DNA of 58,572 nucleotides, filler included, from Bipalium vagum (taxonomy: Eukaryota), in NCBI GenBank assembly GCA_037834085.1. It is 3 parts of 3 records of this genome, joined end to end, with 100 filler letters (N's around TTAATTAATTAA, not from the genome) between each part and the next. Parts side by side here need not be neighbours in the genome. Positions count along the whole stretch, not along the records: positions 1 to 21,723 come from JBBMKC010233281.1; positions 21,824 to 38,096 come from JBBMKC010119308.1; 1 more part is not named here. The stretch is one strand, 5' to 3'. Shown here one piece after another: positions 13,001-26,499 of the stretch; the first letter of the stretch is position 1, and every line of letters starts with the position of its first letter. Made by a program: the position numbers and the translations under genes. A model generated the notes under the pieces. It did no database searches and had not been told where the DNA came from. It saw only the letters and a list, made by a program, of their open reading frames with translations.

Positions 13001-16000
13001 TTCTTAAAAGCAGGAAGTGAAAATTTGCCAAGACTCATTTATATAAATAATTTCTAAGATGCCCTTTAATTTTCTCATAAAGTCCTTTTTGCAAATATCA
13101 CAAATTACTTTGGAGATGAAAATGGGCCAGGAAAGTGGAAATTCAGCTCCATTTTAAAGATGGACAGGTTAATTTAATAATGTGAAAATGAATGAAAAAA
13201 TTTTATTTCCTTTTTTGATAACATTGTATAATAGGAATATATTGCATAGAAATATTCGATAATAAAACGTTCTTATATAACTGTCGTTTGTTTTATATGA
13301 TAAATTTATAATAAATAATAATTACTTGAAAAAATATGTATCAATTAGGACTGGATTTCAGTCTTAATTATACATGGAAAATGAAACGGTTGTTCTTTTC
13401 TCTTTGATAAATGACATTAAATAGTCTCCATTTTCTTTACCGACCAACTTCATTATTACAATAAAATGACTTATATATTATTAGTTTTATATTTTCCTCT
13501 TAATGATAAAATATGCATTTGGAATATTTTGTTCGACATTAATAGTACAATTCTCATCCAATATTTCCCAATGCACGATTTCATTGATATCCCAAGAAAT
13601 CAACATAACACCTTTTTAGGGGGCCGACACCGGCATGCTTGATGAGGACTTAACCATTGCCTATCTCTTTTGTTGTTGACATACAGAACCATTTTCTCAT
13701 GTCCGATTATCAATCGATCAAAAGTATTGTATTCTGAAGAGTAGTGCAGCACACATAGTTGTTCCATAAATTCTATTCGCATCTGTCATTTTGTGCAGAA
13801 CCCAAACACTAAGTTTACAGATTTTTCATGTGGATTTCAAAAGATTCAAGATAGTTTTTGATCACAGCCATATGTATGAACCAAATCATATGTTTATTTT
13901 AGCTTTTCCCCCAGATCAATTTTTATACTTGTCATTGATGGACAGTAATAGAATTTGAATATATGACACAAGTATTATCTGTGCGATCCTTGAGTCGACA
14001 CAACTCTTAAACTGACCGAATATTAAAACTTAAACTGAACATGATATTAAACTACAATTTTAAAAGTTATTCAAATTTATCAATAATTAAAGATTTATAT
14101 CAAATCTATTAGATGTGAAAATTAGTTCGATCCGTTTTTTAAAGATGGCTCTAGCTATAATAAATCTTTAGTAATTACAGCATAATTCAATTGATTCAGA
14201 GAGATTAAACATTTGTCAAATAATTTTCAATTAAAGGATTTGCTTTTCTTACAAAACGATATTGTTTTACTGCATCAATTATGAAAATTTTCAAATAACA
14301 AAGCAACATTTGCGAGAAGTTCTATTTTTTTCCAATTATAAAAAAATTGTACTCGAAGCTCATAGAATACTCGTTTACAAATCTCAAAGTTATAAGCAAT
14401 GATTGGAAAGTTTCTACATTTCAAAAATGGTGGTTTCAGTGAGGTAAACAAGCCTTGTTGTGTTCGGCCAAAAAATGTTGAAACCAAAGACTTGGAACCC
14501 AGTCAAAATCTAGAGAAAGTCGAAGAACCTTTTGGAGTTACTCAACGAGTGGTTTCCATAAGATTGAAATCAATGGAAATTATACACAAGCAAGGAACGT
14601 AGGTGCCAAGAGTCAATGAAAGGCGATATTTCACTTCAAAAGCAACAAATAAAGGGTTTCTTTTATCGTATAATCACTGGAGATGAAAAAAGGATATTTT
14701 TCGACAACCGGAAGAGGAAAACATTCTACAATAGGCCCGGTCAATCGATCTCATCGGTTGCAATATCAACACCAATAATTAATTATTGAATTTAAATATT
14801 CACTAAATAACAAGTATTATTTAAACAACTTCACCAAATGATATATAAAAACAAAATTATTAATTCCTTAATCTGATCGAAATATATAAAAACTCACCAA
14901 AAGCATGATCAGAATGATTTATTAAAACAAAATAATAACTTTTTCATATACTGTTTTTATACATTGTTTTTTTATTATTCAACCGACATTTTTTCTGTCA
15001 TAACAAAGCAAATTTTTCAGAAAAAAATCTTTATTCATAACATTTTAAAGTTAATGAAAATTTGTTTTTTTTACAGTACTGTCGTACGTGGTCGTCCCTT
15101 TGAAGATTATATCCAACCTCCATCCATGCAATCATCATTTTTTCTAAATGTTTCTCTCATTTCTATATAAAGACTACTTGGGTGTCATTCCTAAAGAGTT
15201 TTTACCAATAATCTCTGTCTAAATGTCATTAATCAGAGCAATTTATAAAGATTTTCGAGCTTTTCCCTTTCCAGAAATCCATGCAATAAATATTTATTTG
15301 AAAAAAATAAAATTTTATTGTGTTTTCTTGAATAATTTATTTAGTGAATTACAAGATAAATATGGGAACATTCCAGAATTCGGAAATAAATCAAACGCTT
15401 TTCTTCCCAGCCTAATAAGAAGGAAAATATTTTTGCAAACAATTTTAAATTTCAGATTTTTAAGATCAAGAATTTTATATTTATTAATTATTATTAATAA
15501 TTATATAAATTCGTATTTTGTTTTAATCAAAATCTCTTACTCTTCAGTGGGATCTGGATGAAGTCGTACCTTTACGAAAGGATCTGCTAGTCCATTCAGG
15601 TCCATGGGTAGCATATTTCGCGCTTTGGCGACGTGAACTGTGAGACTTTGATCATAATCATCAAAATTAATGATAACCTAAAAATATAAAATAATTAAAT
15701 TGCCTTTCAATAATAAAAAAATAGTTAAAATATGCTTCATAGTGAGAAAATCAACCAAGCGTGTTTGGAGAATATATTTCTGCTTATTAGTAAAATCGAT
15801 TTCAACAATGAAAGAGAAATTTAATTTTTAAAAAATATTTTAATAATAATAATATTATTATTTATTTTATTGATTTTCAAAAATTATTTTTGGAATTTTT
15901 GTCTTTTTAAATAAAAAATAATTCTTGATTTCATACTTTATTCCCAAAAAACATCAGTTTTGATACTAAATATAACAAATAGTCAACATTTTCATGTCGA

Positions 16001-19000
16001 TAATAAGAAATGGATATTAAATTATTTCTATCCAATGCGATTCAGTTTGTAAGAAAGGTTTATTATTACTATTACTATTACTACTATTACTATTATTACT
16101 ATCGAATTCATAATAATTATGTTTGTTAACTTGTTCGAAGTCCATAAGAAACTAAATAAAATTCTAAAAACTGCTAAAATTCTTTATTTCAAAAAATCTG
16201 CACTTTCATAAAAATCAATAATTAAAACAATTTCAATTATTGATTTTACTGATTTATTAAGACTACTTAAAATCTTTATAATTCCTTATAATGTTACTTT
16301 ATTAATGTTTCTTAGATAAATGTGATGGTTATGGCAAAATATTCGAAGAATGCACATAAAAAGGAAATACTGATCGTGATTCATGGCACTGCTACACGAA
16401 ATGGAGAGTCTATTCCCAACTGTTTAAAGATACTAAGACCCAAAGAATTAAATCGATTTTGGGGTATATGAAGACGAAATCGTGTCAATGAAAGGCGTCT
16501 TAGGAATCATATCTGTATGAATGGATGTGTCGACAAAATATGCAATCGAGGAATTGCCAATGAATTTTTCTTTTAATAAATTTGTAATTCGAAAATTATT
16601 TGTGTTTACTTTTCAATATGTGTTTGTTTTTAAGTATCTTTTTTCTATTTATCCCATTCCATTTATTTCTTTCAAAACACTTCTACAGAAAAATGATCTT
16701 CCTTCCACATAATAATTTCTAATCTCACAATGGTCATATTAAGTATAATTGAAACCGATTCGTTTTATTTATTCAGTCAAAATCAGCCAGTCCACGAGAG
16801 GAAAAATGATCATCAATCTTGTCTGACCGTATAATTCTCCAGCTTCATTAATCTCCTTTTACCTAGGTCGCAAAACAGTCTAGAAAGAAAATTTATTCAC
16901 TTTCTGTTTAAATAATTTATTATTTTTTATTATTCAATCTTGTACTACTGCTTTTATTCTCCAAATCGACATACTTCAAAAACATTGTAGATTATTTCAC
17001 CGACTGAAATAAAGTAGAATAACATTTCTTCATAGGAAAATTCCTCTGAACTGAGGAGGAGAAATATTTTTACCAAATTCATTTAGACTTGATTTTAATG
17101 GTTAATTTGACGTTTCAATGGACTTAGTAAGAATTGCAAAGAATTAATGATGGAGAGAAATATCAAAGGGGAAAATTAGTATTTAGGACAACGTAGAGAA
17201 ATTGTGAAACAAAACCATGAAAAGGAAGCAGGAAATGAGTGAATATATTTAATTTTTTTGATGAAATAAAAGAAAATTCTCTTTAGAATTTTTCTTGCTA
17301 AGTAGAAAAAAAGATTTTAATTAAGTTCTTCGATAGTATTCTTTTAATTTAAATATTTCTGATCACTAGAGATTTTTGTTTTCACTCAATTATCATTTAT
17401 ATTGATCTTTTACTTTATATTTTCTGTCAATTTCTGAAGATTTTCTGTCTTATTTCTTTACATACCTATTCATTAATAATATTCCCAATTACAATTTCCC
17501 CCTTTACAAAATTCCTATGCAAATTAGACTAAAAACTGTCGAGATTTATTATATCTTCAAGTATATTTCTCTTTTCTTGAAAAACTTCGTACAAAGTGAT
17601 CTTCAGGTAAACAGCGATTTTATGTTATTATTTTATTTATAATTTTTATTTATTTGAAAATAAGATACATTTATTAACAAAAAGGTATATATTATGTTCT
17701 CTTTTATAATGTGGACATATTTTGAATTAAACGCGTGAAAAATTTTATATAAACAAATATATGTGAATATTAAAACACTTTATTTTAATAAATGGAAATA
17801 TCGTTTATTAAATTGTCATTTTCAACTTGTATACTTAAAACTTTCTAACCTAATTCTCTTTAATTATACATAAAGTTCTAAAATTTGCTTTTTGAATTTT
17901 GCATGTTTTATTTAAAGAAACAAAATCTAATAACAAGAATTATATAGATAAACATAAATCTTCTAAAATTAAATGAAATTGAATTAAAAAGTTGTTTGAA
18001 GAGAATAAGTTTTATTTATATGAAATGTTATTGCCTAAAAAGTTATTAAATATGGGAATAAGGAATCCACATTTTTTTCTTATTATTAACGTTTATTAGT
18101 TTAGAGTGTAAAATTTTATTAGGTTCAGTGAAAAGCTAGTACAGATTTTCTAATACATTAAATAGTTTTATTGCTTCTTTTTCAGGTTGCTAATTTATTT
18201 TGCTTTTTTACATGTGATATTTTACCATGCAAATCAAACATTGACAAATCGGATATAATTACTTCATTATAGAAAAGACCAGGAGATGCGATTCTAGAAT
18301 TTTGTGATGCATATAGCACAGATTTTTGTAAAATATAGTAAAGGTTGATGAAAGTTTGAACCCACAGTGACAACGTTCAGGCCGACTCTCAGTGGTGAAC
18401 AAAGAAGTGTGTTAAGTTAAATCAGAAACCCTGCTTCAGCACCCACAAATTGCCTGATCAACCAGGTTTTTCACAAGCACTTATCCTCGTAATTTGGTTT
18501 TATGTACTGAAATCTTCTCCAAATTTTCCAGAATTTAACAGAAAATCAAGCTGAGTGTCAATTTGATGTATAATAAAGAATGATTGTTTTCTCAATAAAA
18601 TTAACATACCCTACTATTATCTAAAATCATATACACCTAAGTTACACATGTAACTGTTAAACAGTTAAAATTTTAAATGTTCTGAAGTGTAAAAATATTA
18701 CAATTCAATCACAATCACCTTCATAACTTAAATAAAGGATAATACTTTAATCATTAACTTTTGTTCAGCTGGGCTATTGTTTTGTGTAGCTTGATGTACA
18801 ATATTTGAAATTGCAATATAAATATTTTACCACTGTCATACACCATTTGGCAATTAGTGTTAGAAAATTGGGGAGTTTATACCTTTGACGTGCCTCTGAC
18901 TATACAACGAATATGGAAACAAGAAATACATTTTGATCCACTCAGCACAATGTTATTATCTTGTGCTATACATTCTTCGTCAAGAAATGTATTGTTGCTT

Positions 19001-19222
19001 AATATATATAATTGTAAAGGATAAAGTTGTAGAATGAAACTCAAAGAAAACTCAGTCTTCAAAGAAGAGAAACAAGGTTAACTCAGGTACATTAACTGAC
19101 ACAACAAAATCAAAATCTTTTAGAGAAACTGCCATTTTAATAAAAACAATCAATTAACCACCAAATAACCAACTAACTTGAATCTCTCCCAATATCTTGT
19201 CGGCTTCGGAAATGTTTTTTTC
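7872..19222 (-). CDS. Piccolo/RIM-family presynaptic active-zone protein, C2A domain region (partial gene; exons 19222-19178, 15677-15541, 8225-8041, 7990-~7872)
   Basis: Spliced translation with GT-AG sites and consistent phases (0,2,1): [15 protein letters not shown]|[45 protein letters not shown]|[62 protein letters not shown]|[19 protein letters not shown]. This matches the Piccolo C2A pattern (GEIQ..INYD, LNPEWNQTV, VWDYDRFSSNDF, LD..P.WY.L). The 5' and 3' ends of the gene were not identified. Confidence 0.85.
8041..8225 (-). CDS. C2A gene exon (core, 185 nt)
   Basis: AG|...|GTATGT boundaries. Encodes [12 protein letters not shown]...[14 protein letters not shown]. Confidence 0.9.
8281..8355. 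repeat. 27-bp tandem repeat, ~2.8 copies (intronic)
   Basis: ATTAATATTTTTAATAATAATCTCATT repeated exactly at 8281 and 8308, and partially at 8335. Confidence 0.9.
9967..10002. repeat. (AAT)12 microsatellite
   Basis: Direct reading of the sequence. Confidence 0.95.
10839..11023 (+). pseudogene. Second, decayed copy of the zinc-finger N-terminus of the Polinton-like polymerase ORF at 39658
   Basis: [16 protein letters not shown]...[23 protein letters not shown] aligns with MNSTYSDICEKDCNKLA...KQCNFCEDIFRTVAARIIHEKYCDNN. Confidence 0.75.
12065..12400 (-). mobile_element. Tc1-family transposase fragment
   Basis: Minus-strand frames give [34 protein letters not shown] and IWGTF, resembling Tc1 KPLL..HKKARL, FSDESKF..SDG..VRR and VWG.F. 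Confidence 0.65.
13380..14000 (-). mobile_element. Degenerate mariner fragment
   Basis: [26 protein letters not shown] corresponds to FLDRIVTGDEKWVLY.N.KRKRQW. It is followed by KKVLC..WDI. Confidence 0.7.
14107..14772 (+). mobile_element. 5' half of a degenerate mariner with left TIR
   Basis: TIR-like TATTAGATGTGAAAATTAGTTCGATCCGTTTT. Protein fragments [40 protein letters not shown] and YRIITGDEK. Confidence 0.8.
15541..15677 (-). CDS. C2A gene exon (137 nt)
   Basis: TTTTAG|GTT...GA|GTAAGA boundaries. Encodes [28 protein letters not shown]. Confidence 0.9.
19178..19222 (-). CDS. C2A gene 45-nt exon
   Basis: TTTTAG|GAA...CAA|GTTAGT boundaries. Encodes [15 protein letters not shown], supplying the GEIQ first beta-strand of the C2 domain. 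Confidence 0.8.
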
Positions 19223-21723
19223 CTAAAATTAAAAATAAAAAAATTAATTATTAAAAATTAAAATATTATTAAATATAATTTTTAAATAATTAAGTAAAAG
19301 ATAATTATTGAGCAAAGAATTTACGCTGAAAAGTCCTTTCAATATTTCTTATCCACTATTTGTATGACCATTACCATGGTAGCTCATGAACGATCTTCAT
19401 CGGAGAAAAGTGCTGGAGAAAATTTCCATAATGTTCTTTTATCAAGTTTTTGTGGGAAATAATAAAATTTTTCTCCAAAATATTTTTCATTTTATTTATT
19501 ATTCCGCGTTTTACAATTTGACTGAGAAAATTACGAGGTAATTTTTTTCAAAAACGTTTCCTTAATTTTTATTATCAACTGAAGATGGCTAATTAATATA
19601 TTGTAGGTCTTCTTGATTATGCTGTAGCCTAAAGAACTCATTAACCTCCTAACTTTATTAATAAAGAATTCATTAGTATTGACTTGTTAGTAATAATTGG
19701 GACGAACCAAACAAAATATTTAGTTAAAATCTTGGTGATGGGGGGGGCATCGAACTTTCGAACATTTTAAGTTTTCTTAAAAAGGTTACCTGAAATTGCC
19801 ACTTATTAAAATATACGTTGCCTATAGTGACATCCTTTCCATGGATTACGTACCTCTTAATAACTTTCAAAAAAGGCTGAAAATTATTACGTTATTCTTC
19901 TCGATTCAGGTAATGAAAGCCATAATTTTATTGGAAAATCCTCATAACAAATTACAATAACCACAATAATCAAGAAATCTATTTTGTTGTTACAAAACCG
20001 ATTGATATTTTGGTATGTCCGATAAGGTATGTCCGATCTTGATTTGAAACTCTCTAATCGAGCAGAAGCTAACATTTTAATACTGAAAACGTAGTGAGCA
20101 TGCGAAACATTATGACCTTTACGAAACATCTTTCTTTTTTAACTTTTCAACACTGACCTAAACACTATAAAACTTCTTTTTTATCATTTCGTATATTATC
20201 TTGTACACGACCAACCAGTTTCACTTGTCGTTGATTTCGTTTAACTACAATTGTTTTTTATACTACGGTGATTCATAAGTTTCCGCTCCCAAGCATATGA
20301 TATGTTTGCTTTGTGCCTATTACTATTGAATAAAGGTTGAATATCTTCTTCTCATAACACACTCATTGATTTATTAACATGTACAAAAATGTTTTGTTAT
20401 CAAAATTCAATTAGTAAAACAAATAATAATGTGGAATAAATGATTTCATTCACAGTTTCCTAGATAAATCTTTTGATAGAGTGCTCCATTATTTTCTCTA
20501 AGTCTTGCAACGGGCGTTAACTGAAAAGTCGTTTTTAAATCTTAAACAATTTTTCTCTCTATTTTATAATATAAAAATAATTGGGAGAATATTTACCATT
20601 GTCATACTGAACAGAGAGAGCAATTATTGTCAACAGTAACTATTTTTCAATAACAGTTAATTATCTGTAAATTACGGCTTCATGTTGTTTCAATCAATCA
20701 ACAAGACGGAATTAATCTTAGTCAAACGAGTGCAGCTCATTCAAACATTTTCCTTTTTTGTTTTAATTTTATTGTAAACTTTGATGTTCTTATATCCAAA
20801 CTTATTGTCATAAAACATTTATAGCAGCCATATGGAGATCACAAGAACATAAAATCGAAATTTAATACGACTTCATTTGTGGAAAATGATATTTGGTTAT
20901 TATCAAAAATCAAGAAAAAGATTTATTTATGTTCATTTTAAACAAAAAAATCCAGATGAGGATCATTATCATGAGCATCACGCAAGTGAAATTTTAGTCG
21001 CTACCGAATTTTATAATACAGAACAGAAAACATTAATATAAATATTAAAACTACATTAATCTCTCCCATCTACCAAACTTCCTCTTTTCAAAGATTTCCT
21101 CGAAACGCCATTTCAGTAAAGTCACCATTGACTTTTTATTACATCATTTAAGGCTTACTGAAAAGGAAGTTAAGTGAAATATTCGTTATTAGGTATATAA
21201 AAATTTTATTTATTTATTTATTAATATTTCACGAAATATTTTTAGTTTCCATACTTAACAGAACGAGAAATTGCTGAAACAATTTACCCAGACCGGATTC
21301 TTGCGATAAAACTTTACCCATTCGTTCAGCAAGGGCATCCTGAGACCTTTTCATTATGTGATAATTAGAAGGAAGCCGATGTCTCGAACAGACAGATGCA
21401 ACAAAATATGCCTATCGTTCAGTAACAGTGGATTTATTCTCATAATCAGAAAATATAATTGATAATAATATTATAAAACCGTTTGAGGGAAAGATTGCAA
21501 AATATATAATTCACATGTGCATACATCGTTTTCATCCTTTTCCGGCTCAGGATTCAATTGATTGACATCTGTTGACTCTTTCCTATGGGGAACCGAGGAA
21601 TTAACTGTCACTTCTTGCCTTGCCACTTGGGGGGATCCGCAATCCAATTCAGCATGGGAAGACTCTACTAAATAACGAAATCAGTATTGCTTTATCAATA
21701 TTTGATGAAATGAAAATTTCAAA

Positions 21724-21823
21724 NNNNNNNNNNNNNNNNNNNNNNNNNNNNNNNNNNNNNNNNNNNNTTAATTAATTAANNNNNNNNNNNNNNNNNNNNN
21801 NNNNNNNNNNNNNNNNNNNNNNN
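21724..21823. other. Artificial contig-joining spacer
   Basis: 44 N + TTAATTAATTAA (stops in all six frames) + 44 N = 100 nt. Identical to the second spacer. Confidence 0.95.
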
Positions 21824-22224
21824 CCTCACGCCCAAATTAACAATTATTAAATATTTTTAATTTAAAGTTTTTAAAAATTATAATGTTACGTTTCTTAATT
21901 TTTAAATAAATATTAAAAATAAATGTTAGTAAATTTTAAAAAAGTAAATAATTTAATTTTAATAAATGGTAAGGTCCACGTTTGAAAAGTTTTTTGATTA
22001 ATTGAATTTAATGAAATATATTATTATTTCTTTGATTTCGAATTATTATTTGAAAATGACTAAACAAGAATTTAACATGGCGGCCTCAACACTGTCGGAC
22101 TCGATCGCAGACAGTATCGCTGGTAATATTTTTATGGTAATATTATTATTATTATTATCATTATATTAATAATACTTATTAATATTAATATTATTTATTA
22201 TTATTATTAAGCAATTATAATTAT

Positions 22225-23302
22225 TATGAAGCAATCCATTGATCCATCTATTTTTTGACATCTTCATAGGAATTGAAAGCCTGTCCAGCAACAGAAGGCT
22301 ACATGGATCGAAACAAGTGAAAATCAGAGGGCTGTGTTTGATGAGTGATGTAGAACCGCCGAACCAAGTCTTTTCAATGTTTCTTTAACTGGTTTTGTAA
22401 GATGTGGTCTGTTGTTATCGTGTCACAAAATGGTCTGATCATTTCTTACTGAGGTTTCTTGGTATTTATTCCTCGAAGTAAATCGAGTAATTGCTGATGA
22501 TATCTATCATCACTTACAGTTACGGATGGTTTGAGAAGCTCATGGTACAATACTCCCTTTTGGTTCCACCTAATACATAGCATCACTTTAATCATGTTTG
22601 TCCTTCTTTGTACTGTCGATGTTAATGGTTCTCCGGGAATTGTTCATGATTTTCTGCGCATGAGATTCTTATACCACACTCAATTTTCACCACCAGTTAT
22701 AATTCGATGCGAAAACGAGTGCCTCTTAACTAACATTTCGCTAAAAGTTCTGCGATTTCCTTGCAGCCTTTTGGTCAAATCATATGGTATCTAATTGCCA
22801 TTTGAATCATCCCCAATACGTGCATCCGTTTACTAGAAGTTGACTTTTCAACATTCAAAGTCTGTACTATTTATTCTAGCGTTTGGCATGGATCTTTGAT
22901 AATTCCTCGTTAATCATCATCTTCGAATTTCTTTGGTTGTCCTGAGTGTTCTTTATCTTCGACGCTTAAGTCACCTGTTTTAAATCGTCGATACCATTCA
23001 CGAAATGTTGGTTCTGGCAGGGCATATTAACCGTAAGCTTTTGTCATTAATAATTGGCCTTCGACTGCTAATTTCTTTAGCTGGTTTCTAGCAAAATAAT
23101 AATGATTCCCGCAAATGCTATTTTCTTGGTCTATTATTTTGCATTTTCGCTAAAATAAATAATCTATTTAATCAGTTAAAACAAATTGATATCTTATAGA
23201 TATATTACTTTTTAGTTTTATTTTCAATGAAAAATACACGATATTTATAATGATAATAATTAATCTATAACAAAAGGATGGGAACTATTTCCCATACCTA
23301 CT
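22225..23302 (-). mobile_element. Degenerate mariner (start similar to the 4738 copy)
   Basis: Minus-strand start ATGCAAAATAATAGACC...CATTTGCGGGAA resembles 4738 ATGCAAAAATTATATACC...CATTTTCGGGAA. Motifs SFSHRIITGGENW, WNQKGVLYHELLKP, HDN and SDFHLFRSM. TIR-like end near 23300. Confidence 0.85.
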
Positions 23303-25974
23303 ATATTGATTATGAAATATGAAAAATTATAATCATTTGTAATTTGTGAAATTAAAGATTTTGCCTATTATTTTTAAATTCTGAAAATGAAAAAAATTTC
23401 CAACTGAGCATTCTCTCCTATTTCTCACGTTATTAATACACCCGCCTTAGCATTCAGCTTAAAGGTATAAGTAAATAAAATGAAAAAAAATTCATAAACT
23501 TTATTTGGGAAAGTTGTTATTTTTATATTTCGAAAAGTTTATTGTCTGCGATTGTCCTATAAAATTTAAATTAAACTAAATGATTAAGAGAAGCGGAAAA
23601 AAAATAATTTTAAGTCAAAAATAAATATTTTTACCAAGTGCACTTAAAATGTAGTTTTTTCTATGACTTTAGATTATAAATATTAATCAAATATTTTTAT
23701 AACTGACAAATTCAATTATGGTATTTTTATTTGAATAATACTAAATATAAAATAAGTTATAAAGGAAGGGCTTTTTATTTTGAATTTGTTTTACTAATTC
23801 AATTTCGTAATTTGTTTACGCGTGTTGATTCATAATTATGCATGTTTTATCAGTTCATTAAGAAAATACACCTATGTTATGTATCAATCAATTTCGATTA
23901 AGTTTGGGACTTTTCCATAAGATTATTTACATAACATTTTTTAATGACATTCTATGACAAGTCTGCTAATTAATTGTGCTGAATGTTATATGATTAATTT
24001 TGCTTTCGTTCTAGGAGGGTCTGGTTGGTCTAAGGACACAGCCTTCAGTGAAGAGTTCAGAAGGCGATTTTGATCATTAATCTGTTCCAAATTATTGAAT
24101 ATTAACAAATAAGGAATGTAAATATATAAAATTTTATTTTAATGCTAATGAATATGTAGCATAATAGAGAATAAAATGTGGATATTGAAAATCTCAATAA
24201 TAATAAAGCAATGATCTAATATATAATGTTAAAACCTGGGTTTCAGAACAACTTGGTTTATTATTATTATTTTACGATATTATTAATATTATTTGGTTAA
24301 AAAGTCAGAACCAGTTTTAAAGGAAATTGGAATTAATTGTATTATAATTTCAATGAAATTAATAAGCGGAAACAGAGTTGAAATTTTTTAACGAGAAGAT
24401 TATCTTATAATTTTATGGTAATATGTGAAGGAAATACTAATCAAAATTTTTAATTATTTCTGCGATTCGAATTTTATATTTACTTTTGCATATAAAACCA
24501 TAAATTTTGTCTATTCATCAAAATAAATCTCAGTAAAAAGTCCTCGGGAATCGGTTACAAATTGGATTTATTTCATTAAGTATTTATAATATATATAATA
24601 TATAACCTGAGTTAACATCAATGTTGAAACCTCCAATAAGTTAATTAATACAAGTTTCAGAGTTCCAAAGATATTCTTCGGAAATATTTCGTAATTTTTA
24701 AAATAAAATAAAAAACTAACATTTTTTAAAGATTCTCAATTTTTTTATAATTTTTTTGTTTAAATGAGAATTTTTGGCAGCCAACTTCAAGCGCTCATAC
24801 AATGCCTTCAAATATTAATACATGCAATTATGTGTGACAGATCCCAGAGATGTTTAACAGAGTAATTTCATTATCAATTTAATCTTTAATTCAATAGACA
24901 TGTTCTCACATAAACGGATAATATTTTGAGGGCTGTTTTCCATTTGACTGAAGCAATTTCAGTGAACGTTAAATGCCCACATGATTTTTATTCTATAATC
25001 AATGAAGATAACAATTTTTAGATTTAAAATTTAATGTGTTTTATTTAAAATTATATAAATAAATAATATTTATATAATTAATATAAATTATTTATATATT
25101 AATTTAAATATTTAATATAAACACATATTTACCTTCAGAAATTCTACTTAAAAAATCGGTTTTAAAGTGTAGCATTTTTATCAATTAATTTTCTTTCAAT
25201 GATTATCATAAATAAAAATGATTATCAAAAAAATTGCCCTAATTATCATTTAATGAAATTTGCATTTGAGTTAAATATTTTTTATATTACACAATAAAAA
25301 TATAAATTAATTATTTTTATTTTGAAATGACATTTAAGTTTTTATTTTTTTTATTTATAAAAACCGACAATTAGAAATTTAAAATAAACATTTCATTTAA
25401 CAAATTAAATTAATTTTCATTTAATTAAATTTTTAAATGAGAAAATTTTTTACATTTTAAAAATATTTCTCTGAATTATTATCGCAAATTATTCAGCTAA
25501 AATTGAAAACTTTTTTAAAAAATTAATTTCTGAATATTTTAGACTAATAGAAATGGATAGGTGTGTAATCATCAAGAACGACCTTTTATTTTAAAAAGTG
25601 TATTCATAATATTGTCTTGGTGTATAATTTTTGCCGATTTTAGCATCATATTTCATAACTATGACAGGGTTATAACTTTTCATGAATAAGAGGTATTTCT
25701 TTAAATTGTTTGTAACTATTTTTTATTAAAACTAAATTATTAAATATGATTTAATTAATTTATTTTAATTTTTGAAATAGAAAATAAAGATTTTTCGACC
25801 TATTAAAGCATCATTAGATTGAAAATCGAAAAATATCTGCAGAAACGACAGAAATAATGTAAAACACTCTTACATTATTGCAGTTATTAAATGTATAGGT
25901 ACGATTTTATCGTTTATTTGGAGTTTATAAAATCAATGAAAAGGAAAAAATCAAATGAAATTTTTATTTAAAAT

Positions 25975-26275
25975 AATTTCTATCGTTCATGACAAATGTT
26001 TCTCAAACATTGGACAGTTTGAGAATTCCGTCACAGAAAAATTGATGAAGTTTCGCTGAAATCCAATACTCCAGCTATTTTTGAACATCTTCATAATTCT
26101 TGAAGCTCTACTCAGACATACCTTACGCGATGCACCAAAACAGTTTGTAATCTGACCTATGAATGGTTGATGAGTACTACGGTTGAGGTAATACTTCCAA
26201 ATTGAGATCTTTTAATCTGTCTTTCACAATGTTGACATGAGGCGGGCATTGTCATGTAGCAAAATGATTTAACAA
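25975..26275 (-). mobile_element. mariner C-terminal fragment
   Basis: LLHDNAR, LEVLPQP*YS and FFCDGILKLS. Confidence 0.65.
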
Positions 26276-26499
26276 CATAAGTAATAATAGTTAAGTTAGA
26301 TGTAGATAATAGCACAAAAATAGGTATGATATTTGGGTTTCACGTATATTATCAGAAAAAGTATGACGAATTTCAGCTTGTTTTTTTCTGTTGAATTTTA
26401 AAATGAGTTTGACTGGAGATAAATATTAGGCCCTTCTAAAATAATGTACAACTTAAGCAGCATTGGAAAATGAATTACAGAAGTCTAGATAACAGTACG

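Noticed and set aside
18180-19130. Possible hAT or other transposase remnant (HIRC motif)
   Set aside because: Single weak motif and no TIRs identified.
19733-19776. Minus-strand tRNA-like 3' end (GTTCGATGCCCCCCC..CACCA)
   Set aside because: The T-stem does not pair and no other arms are found.
21768-21779. TTAATTAATTAA palindrome within N runs (also 38141-38152)
   Set aside because: Synthetic linker, not biological.
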